A stretch of 64,000 nucleotides of DNA from a virus. Every line of letters begins with the position of its first letter. Position 1 is the stretch's first letter. Shown one piece after another: positions 58,523 through 64,000 of this stretch. A program made the position numbers and the translations under genes. Location of the stretch: positions 11,104-75,103 of the IMG/VR virus record IMGVR_UViG_3300035701_000016. One strand, given 5' to 3'. The notes beneath the pieces are model-generated. The model saw only the letters and a list, made by a program, of their open reading frames with translations. It did not search any database and was not told the origin of the DNA.

Positions 58523-58750
58523 CAAAAGCCGAAAAGGGAATAGTGCAACTTTCTTCCCGCTCCTCCCTTCGGGGAGACGGAGTTGGTGTTGGCGGTCGGG
58601 GCAATAATCTGGGTCTGGGTCTGGGTCTGAGTCTATGTCGGGTCGGTCATCTAATTTTTTCGTCCGCTATTTTGGGGAGGGGTTGTACCCCTAGGGTGCA
58701 AGTATTGGCCTGTTTTGGGATATTGCATGTTACAAACACGTAAAACGGCC

Positions 58751-58756
58751 TATAAT
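58751..58756 (+). promoter_or_regulatory. -10 box of first rightward early promoter
   Basis: TATAAT about 130 nt upstream of 58887; -35 weak. Confidence 0.5.
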
Positions 58757-58886
58757 AGTAGATAGAGAACCTTACTAATTGAATAAGCAAACCGAACGCA
58801 GTGACCTTGCGAGTGTGGTAAGACGAGGGCTGTACAGTTGGACGGTGCAAGGAAGGTTACAAGTATAGCCTACATGGAGGTGTATT

Positions 58887-59300
58887 GTGGCCAAAAAAGT
58901 AGTACTGCCCGTTGAACACAAGTTTGCCGCTATAAGCGGTAAATGTGCAATTTGCGGTAAGCCAACACCCCTGAACGTGGCGGGGGAAATTGGTGCAACG
59001 TGTAAAGCGCATGAAGGCAAGATTGGCAAGTATTACCGCCAATTACCGAAGAACGCAAACCTGGAGGGTGAGTACGTGAAGCTAAGTGTACTGTGCCGTA
59101 GAGCAGAGCAGGCGGGAAAAACTGCCGGATTTGTTGTGGGGTTGACCGGAAAGGATGGGGGAACGCAACCCCCGTACAACCCCATATGGCAAGTTTACAC
59201 CCTGCAACATGGCACGCAGGTGCGCAAGTTTTTGGAGCTTGAAGCGAAGGCCGAGCTTGAGAAACTACTTACTGGCAAACCCGAAAGCGTAAGCAAATAG
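58887..59300 (+). CDS. early hypothetical protein with N-terminal zinc finger
   Basis: GGAGG Shine-Dalgarno; CAICGKP...IGATCKAH (DUF6011-like). Confidence 0.75.
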   Translation: MAKKVVLPVEHKFAAISGKCAICGKPTPLNVAGEIGATCKAHEGKIGKYYRQLPKNANLEGEYVKLSVLCRRAEQAGKTAGFVVGLTGKDGGTQPPYNPIWQVYTLQHGTQVRKFLELEAKAELEKLLTGKPESVSK

Positions 59301-59358
59301 GGATAATAAACAGGCCTGTATGAAAGTACGGGCCTGTTAGTAAAGCGGAGGTATTACA

Positions 59359-59625
59359 ATGGTGGATAAAGTAATGGATAACATGGTACATGACTTTGGT
59401 GGGGACGAACAAGTGTACCAACTGGACGTGATTGTGAACCAGGGTAACGTTTACGTGGTTGACGGAAGCAACACAAGTGAGGTACTTATTGACGGTACTG
59501 ATACAATGGTACTTGTGTATGCTTTATTGGGCTGGGACGCTGACGGTATACATGTGCCCGTACAATTGACAAAGTTTTACAATGCACTAAACTTTGCGCA
59601 AGCGTGGTACGAGCGCAACAAGTAA
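59359..59625 (+). CDS. early acidic hypothetical protein
   Basis: GGAGG Shine-Dalgarno; flanked by hairpins. Confidence 0.75.
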   Translation: MVDKVMDNMVHDFGGDEQVYQLDVIVNQGNVYVVDGSNTSEVLIDGTDTMVLVYALLGWDADGIHVPVQLTKFYNALNFAQAWYERNK

Positions 59626-59681
59626 GCGGACAAAAAGTGGCCTGTACGCAAGTACAGGCCTAGTTGAAAGCTGAGGATGGA

Positions 59682-59831
59682 ATGCACAGTGAATATGGCG
59701 GGAAGTTACACGCACGCTACAGGCCAGAACAAGCGGTTTGTAATAATGGTAGTAGCACTTTGGTTGTGCTACTTTGCGGCATAGCAATTATTGCACTTGT
59801 AGCAATTGCTGCATATGTGATTTTGCTGTAA
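59682..59831 (+). CDS. small membrane protein (49 aa)
   Basis: Read manually: MHSEYGGKLHARYRPEQAVCNNGSSTLVVLLCGIAIIALVAIAAYVILL; GAGG upstream; followed by terminator hairpin. Confidence 0.6.
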   Translation: MHSEYGGKLHARYRPEQAVCNNGSSTLVVLLCGIAIIALVAIAAYVILL

Positions 59832-59890
59832 GTTTGCACAGGCCCGTACGCAAGTACGGGCCATTTTTTGGCGCGTGAATAAGACAATGG

Positions 59891-60001
59891 GGGTAGTTTT
59901 GGTGGTATTTAGGTAGGCAGATAATTTGGGTAGTTATGGTGGTACTTAGGTAAGTGGGTAATTTGGGTAGTTATGGTGGTATTTGGGCAAGTAAGCAAGT
60001 A
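59891..60001 (+). repeat. three tandem 37-bp GT-rich repeats
   Basis: GGGTAGTTWTGGTGGTAYTT... starting at 59891, 59928 and 59965. Confidence 0.85.
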
Positions 60002-60058
60002 AATTGCAAGTACAGCCAGCAACCCTGATCCTGAAGATCTGATGCTGATCTTGAAAGC

Positions 60059-60169
60059 GATACCACGATCTTCCCGCGATACCACGACCCTGAATCTTCC
60101 AGAGATACCACGAAACTGACTGCCTATCTTCCCACGATACCACGCTGAAATATCTTCCCACGATACCAC
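60059..60169 (+). repeat. GATACCAC motif array 1 (5 copies)
   Basis: Copies at 60059, 60078, 60104, 60136, 60162. Confidence 0.85.
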
Positions 60170-60209
60170 AAACTGATGCGAAATTGATTGGTGCAAATGG
60201 CGTCATTTG

Positions 60210-60226
60210 TGCTACAATATAAGTAG
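60210..60226 (+). promoter_or_regulatory. extended -10 early promoter
   Basis: TGCTACAAT followed by ATAAGTAG, shared with the promoter at 61010. Confidence 0.6.
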
Positions 60227-60283
60227 AACCCGTAATACGGCGGGTCAAATGGGCAGCCAGCCCACACTTCAAAGGAGGTTCAA

Positions 60284-60529
60284 ATGTCAAATGGGAAATT
60301 GGTTTCACCGATAGAGCTTCACAAAGCAGCGTGTGATTCAATGTTGTTCGGTGATTCTCCGGTAACACTCAACGACTGGGTCCTAATCGTTAACTTCTAT
60401 GCAGTCAATATCGCCAAAGAAGTTCAACCATCTGCAACTCTGCTTCTGTGCAAAATCATGGATTGTCCACTTCGGGAAGATTTCATAGCGGATGTCGTTA
60501 ATTTCCAACTCAAGCAACCCGTCAAGTAA
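60284..60529 (+). CDS. early hypothetical protein
   Basis: AAGGAGG Shine-Dalgarno; followed by hairpin GGGCGGG-TGAAAG-CCCGCCC. Confidence 0.7.
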   Translation: MSNGKLVSPIELHKAACDSMLFGDSPVTLNDWVLIVNFYAVNIAKEVQPSATLLLCKIMDCPLREDFIADVVNFQLKQPVK

Positions 60530-60584
60530 CTTCAACCAGGGCGGGTGAAAGCCCGCCCACCAGATCTCAAAATGGAGGTGTCAC

Positions 60585-60791
60585 ATGTTATTCAAGGTTA
60601 CTCGCAAAGTTCTCGTAACTGGTCCAATCGCAGCGAAATACAATCTCCGTACCGGGAAATTGATTTCCAAAGAAGCAGAGTTCGTGCTTCCCAGCATTGA
60701 AACGGTATCCACCGACCTCACCTTTGCTCAGGCCAAGGAAATACGGGGTCACGACCACTCAATGAACATCGTGCCTCTGTCACGAAGCTAG
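60585..60791 (+). CDS. early hypothetical protein
   Basis: GGAGG Shine-Dalgarno; followed by terminator-like hairpin at about 60803-60838. Confidence 0.7.
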   Translation: MLFKVTRKVLVTGPIAAKYNLRTGKLISKEAEFVLPSIETVSTDLTFAQAKEIRGHDHSMNIVPLSRS

Positions 60792-60902
60792 ACATCAGTT
60801 CAGCAAGGGCTCCGGTAGAGATACCGGAGCTTCTTGTTGGATAGGGTGGAGCTGACCCTGACTTGAGGCTGACCCTGAGCCTGACTTGGCGGATCTTCGC
60901 TC

Positions 60903-60978
60903 GATACCACGAGAGAATCTGAAGCTGATACCACGTCCGTCTTCACCCGATACCACGATCATCTTCACGAGATACCAC
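60903..60978 (+). repeat. GATACCAC motif array 2 (4 copies)
   Basis: Copies at 60903, 60927, 60949, 60971. Confidence 0.85.
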
Positions 60979-61009
60979 AATCAATTTGCCATCAGTTGCC
61001 TTTCCCTAC

Positions 61010-61038
61010 TTGTATTGTGAACCAAATGAAGTTATACT
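61010..61038 (+). promoter_or_regulatory. sigma70-type early promoter
   Basis: TTGTAT-17 nt-TATACT then ATAAGTAG. Confidence 0.7.
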
Positions 61039-61081
61039 ATAAGTAGCGGTAAACCGCAAACTTTCAAAGTGGAGGTTCAAC

Positions 61082-61369
61082 ATGCATCAACAGTTCAGCG
61101 TTTGTCTCAATATGGGTCCAGAATTGGTCAAGCACCAACTCGTGGACGAGTCAGCATTATTTCAAACTTTTGCTGACTTAATGGCTTCCGGGCTCGGGGA
61201 TGAAATTACAGCCGGCTCCGCACAACTCAACTACTGGTTAGTCCTTGATTATCTGGATCATTGGGAAATCGGGTGCAGTTTCCAAGGTATTCCGGATTGC
61301 TCGGCACATTTCCCAATGCTTCTGGAAGTCGGGGTACTTAATCCAGACGGCTCCCAACACTACTCATAG
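61082..61369 (+). CDS. early hypothetical protein
   Basis: GGAGG Shine-Dalgarno. Confidence 0.7.
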   Translation: MHQQFSVCLNMGPELVKHQLVDESALFQTFADLMASGLGDEITAGSAQLNYWLVLDYLDHWEIGCSFQGIPDCSAHFPMLLEVGVLNPDGSQHYS

Positions 61370-61377
61370 GAGTTCAC

Positions 61378-61668
61378 ATGGCAAAACCAATCAAGTATCA
61401 GCGCACATGGGTCAGCACAGCTAACCCCAGTCAGGACAGCCTCGGCGGGGAAGCCGAAGTGTCCAGCGGGCGAGGTGGTTGCTTACCTCCGGCTGTTCTC
61501 CGCAAGATTGCGAAAAACAGCTCATCCGGTGGTCGTGCAACTTGTTTCGTATGTCACGAAACCTTCGCCATGTATTTTATCAAACTCTGCAAAGTAGCTC
61601 CATTTCGGCAGGAGCACGTGTGTCAGGACTGTCGGGGTCAGCACAAAGAGTTTCAGGTTATCAGGTAA
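61378..61668 (+). CDS. early zinc-finger protein
   Basis: AGGAG Shine-Dalgarno; CFVC...CQDC. Confidence 0.65.
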   Translation: MAKPIKYQRTWVSTANPSQDSLGGEAEVSSGRGGCLPPAVLRKIAKNSSSGGRATCFVCHETFAMYFIKLCKVAPFRQEHVCQDCRGQHKEFQVIR

Positions 61669-61693
61669 GCATCATGGCTACCCGCTCTCATGG

Positions 61694-61876
61694 GTGAACC
61701 TTAAGGAGAAACGACTAATGACCCAACATCAATTTGAAACCGCAGTAAGGTTCATACTGATCCTGATGGCAATTACCTTTTTGGTGACGCTGATCCTGAT
61801 CAATCCTTTGCTCGCTGCCACGATCGTTATTGCCATCGTCGGCGGGACATTGATTGGCTACTTCTGGCTGAAATGA
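61694..61876 (+). CDS. small membrane protein (start probably MTQHQ)
   Basis: Two TM segments; AAGGAG upstream of the internal ATG. Confidence 0.6.
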   Translation: MNLKEKRLMTQHQFETAVRFILILMAITFLVTLILINPLLAATIVIAIVGGTLIGYFWLK

Positions 61877-62210
61877 CCTACCGCATCTGCCTGCGATACC
61901 ACGATACCGAGATCCGCTGATCGCGAAGCTGAGATTTGATCAGTGTTGCGAAAAGGTTGCTCAAATTCTGGCTGACGGCGATGCCACTGATGCCATTATT
62001 ATCGCCGTCCTCGTTGACGCCAACGGTAACGAGTCCAACTTGTTGGGGGAAGGGTCCCCTTTCTAATATTGGGCATTTTGGTCAAAGGGGGAAGGGTCCT
62101 CTCAAAAATGCCCTAAAATGGTTCGTATGGGGGAATGGTCCCTCAGATAGACGAATGATACGAAAAGAAATAATCAATGAAAGGAACGAAAAGAATTAAT
62201 GAAGGGAAAG

Positions 62211-62409
62211 AAAACAGGGCAAAAATGAAATGAAACCAGCGTTATATGCCATAAACCTAGTCATTGTCTATAGACCACTAAGTTAAAAAAATGGGCAATT
62301 TGAATTCAAAAATGTTCAGTTTAGGCGTAAAAAAATAAGTTACAAACCATAGACAATGACCAGGTATTTGGCATATAACGCTGGTTTCTCTTCATTTTAG
62401 GCCTGTTTT
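62211..62409. repeat. long imperfect inverted repeat (about 60-bp arms)
   Basis: GAAACCAGCGTTATATGCCA...GTCATTGTCTAT mirrored by ATAGACAATGAC...TGGCATATAACGCTGGTTTC. Confidence 0.85.
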
Positions 62410-62625
62410 TGCATAGCTACACGCATAAAATGAACACTTTTTACATTCGTATCATTAATTGTTGGGAAACCAAAAGGTGTCCCATTCCCCCATTTCGACG
62501 GCTTTTTGGGGTGGACCATTCCCCCAATGACCATTATTGCCATTATTGTCCTGACCACGAGCGTTAAATCCACCTCCGGGGCTTCGCCCCAGGAGGAGGT
62601 GCAAGAAAATTTAAAGGAGTTCTGT

Positions 62626-62973
62626 ATGAAAAGAAATGAAGTATTAGTCAAACTGAAGAAAGCCAACAGAGTGTATGCTCTCAAGGTAGTTCGTAACGTT
62701 GAGCGGTTTACCCGCGAATTCATATTTGACGAGTCACATCAGAAAGCAGACAACAACGTCTTATGGTATCGTACGGATGTGGGTAAGCGTCCCAATCTTA
62801 TTGAGATAAGGCTTACCGGACTGCAAGTTACTACCGAGATGCGAGAGCGATGGGCTGAAGATATGGGGATTCATCTTGTCTCACTTACAGGCTCCTGCTC
62901 CTTTTCGGAAAGGTCGTCAATATACATTCTGTACAAGAATCTGCGTGATGAGTACAAAGACATCAATGGTTAA
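62626..62973 (+). CDS. hypothetical protein
   Basis: Start reset to MKRNEV behind AAGGAG. Confidence 0.6.
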   Translation: MKRNEVLVKLKKANRVYALKVVRNVERFTREFIFDESHQKADNNVLWYRTDVGKRPNLIEIRLTGLQVTTEMRERWAEDMGIHLVSLTGSCSFSERSSIYILYKNLRDEYKDING

Positions 62974-63087
62974 TCTTCCGCATCAATTTGCGCACGCTGG
63001 CGTCCAATATGCTATACTAAATTAGGCCAGCTTTGGCCTGATAAACCGTAGTTCAAAACGACTACACAACTCATAAAGGAGGTTACA

Positions 63088-63462
63088 ATGTCAGATAATG
63101 AATACGCAATCGTAAAGCTTCCGGAGTCCGTGGTAATGGATTTCACTACCGTAAAGGCCGAAGCCGAACACTATTGGGCTAATATGGATAACCCAAGTGA
63201 ATGGCTAAAGGACTCAGCTTTCAGAATCAACCCAGCCTACCTTCACCACTACGTTGCACATCAAACTGAAATGGTAAAGGGCATCTGGACAGAAGGTGAA
63301 ACGGTAACAATCAAAGTTGATGCGTGCCAGCAGGATGGTTGCATGGATTGGTTGGCAGGTGTCCATGAGGTTCAAATTGCCAAGGTTGGTGATTATGATT
63401 CTCTAATGGACATCATTAACGAACCAATTACTGATGCGTGGCAGTTATCAATGTACATTTAG
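63088..63462 (+). CDS. hypothetical protein
   Basis: AAGGAGG Shine-Dalgarno; TGCTATACT promoter at 63010-63018; hairpin at about 63482-63511. Confidence 0.7.
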   Translation: MSDNEYAIVKLPESVVMDFTTVKAEAEHYWANMDNPSEWLKDSAFRINPAYLHHYVAHQTEMVKGIWTEGETVTIKVDACQQDGCMDWLAGVHEVQIAKVGDYDSLMDIINEPITDAWQLSMYI

Positions 63463-63582
63463 CCACACAACAGGTGTTTCAAGGGGCTACTACGAAGTCG
63501 TAGCAGCCCCTACACGCTTCGTAAGAAGCATGGTGGTACATAAGTACCCCGTAAAAGCGTTTCATTTTAAAAAGGAGCAAAT

Positions 63583-63762
63583 ATGAAATCACATGCAGGG
63601 TTCATTAAAAGCCCGTCACCCAAAACTCCAACCGAGGGTTGGTACGTCCCACGGCAGATTCCAGTATGCACCTTCAAGTACGGAACGGTAAAGGAAGGTT
63701 TGCACACAGGACACAGCACACGCTTCGCCGCCAAGGGTGTGTCAATCGGTATCTACCGTTAG
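63583..63762 (+). CDS. small hypothetical protein (59 aa)
   Basis: AAGGAG Shine-Dalgarno; MKSHAGFIKSP...GIYR read manually. Confidence 0.55.
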   Translation: MKSHAGFIKSPSPKTPTEGWYVPRQIPVCTFKYGTVKEGLHTGHSTRFAAKGVSIGIYR

Positions 63763-63849
63763 GTTTTCCTTTGCATCCTGCTCCCTACCGTAACAAGTGG
63801 GGATCAGGCTAGAGTGGGAAACCACTACTTTTCATAAAGGAGGTTCATA

Positions 63850-64000
63850 ATGGACGATGAGGAAAATGAATTCAAAGTTTGGAAACAGCAGGTAAACTCA
63901 ATTATTGAGGATACTATAGGTCTCAGCTGTGATGACCTGGAAGATTGCTGTTACCGTGACTGGTTTGATGACGGCGTGTCTCCCAAGACTGCTGCCAAGC
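63850..64000 (+). CDS. hypothetical protein, truncated by window edge
   Basis: AAGGAGG Shine-Dalgarno; MDDEENEFKVWKQQV... open to the end. Confidence 0.6.
   Translation, partial: MDDEENEFKVWKQQVNSIIEDTIGLSCDDLEDCCYRDWFDDGVSPKTAAK

Larger units (their letters stand above)
59309..59862 (+). repeat. three related GNRA-loop hairpins, one after each early gene (59309-59338, 59639-59660, 59841-59862)
   Basis: GGCCYGTAY-GMAA-GTACRGGCC; only the third has a T tract. Confidence 0.85.

Noticed and set aside
58543-60368. Minus-strand ORFs over the early region (e.g. 58647-58850, 59909-60196, 59946-60368)
   Set aside because: They overlap better-supported plus-strand genes or just translate the repeats; no Shine-Dalgarno
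59891-60978. Possible CRISPR or mini-array
   Set aside because: Repeats are only 8-17 bp with 11-24 nt irregular, self-similar gaps, or are tandem without spacers; no cas operon (the Cas4-like gene is a recombination nuclease)
61936-62723. ORFs 61936-62199 (+) and 62397-62723 (-)
   Set aside because: They run through the palindromic gap with weak starts; more likely non-coding
1-64000. Stop-codon reassignment or inteins
   Set aside because: Genes are full length and tightly coupled under the standard code with all three stops used; terminase, helicase and primase show no intein-sized inserts

Overview
The window is almost entirely an apparently lytic siphovirus-like phage genome; no integrase or repressor is recognisable. 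Host is uncertain: a sortase-type LPDTG protein, Pro/Thr-rich linkers and no recognisable endolysin hint at Chloroflexota (inference). The minus strand from 58.5 kb to 20.5 kb carries terminase, portal, protease/scaffold, capsid, tail and holin-like genes. The minus strand from 20.4 kb to 1 carries replication and nucleotide-metabolism genes: SNF2 helicase, Cas4-like nuclease, AAA ATPase, SSB, RuvC, family A polymerase split by a group I intron, primase-helicase, ligase, exonuclease, tRNA-Arg(UCU) and five homing endonucleases. The plus strand from 58.7 kb onward carries small early-type genes. Three things stand out. (1) A ~14 kb cassette between portal and protease encodes a 988-aa LamG + serine-rich-repeat protein flanked by six glycosyltransferase genes and seven methyltransferase genes, with a seventh glycosyltransferase right after the capsid gene; this looks like a phage-encoded system for O-glycosylating and O-methylating a mucin-like virion protein. 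(2) A 1.36 kb segment (58665-60028) has no TC dinucleotide at all on the + strand and is bounded by oppositely oriented GTGGTAT/ATACCAC motif arrays. (3) A ThyX-variant / glycosyltransferase / MazG-HAD / flavoenzyme cluster next to the polymerase suggests DNA hypermodification. All functional calls come from motifs and synteny read by eye; no searches were run.
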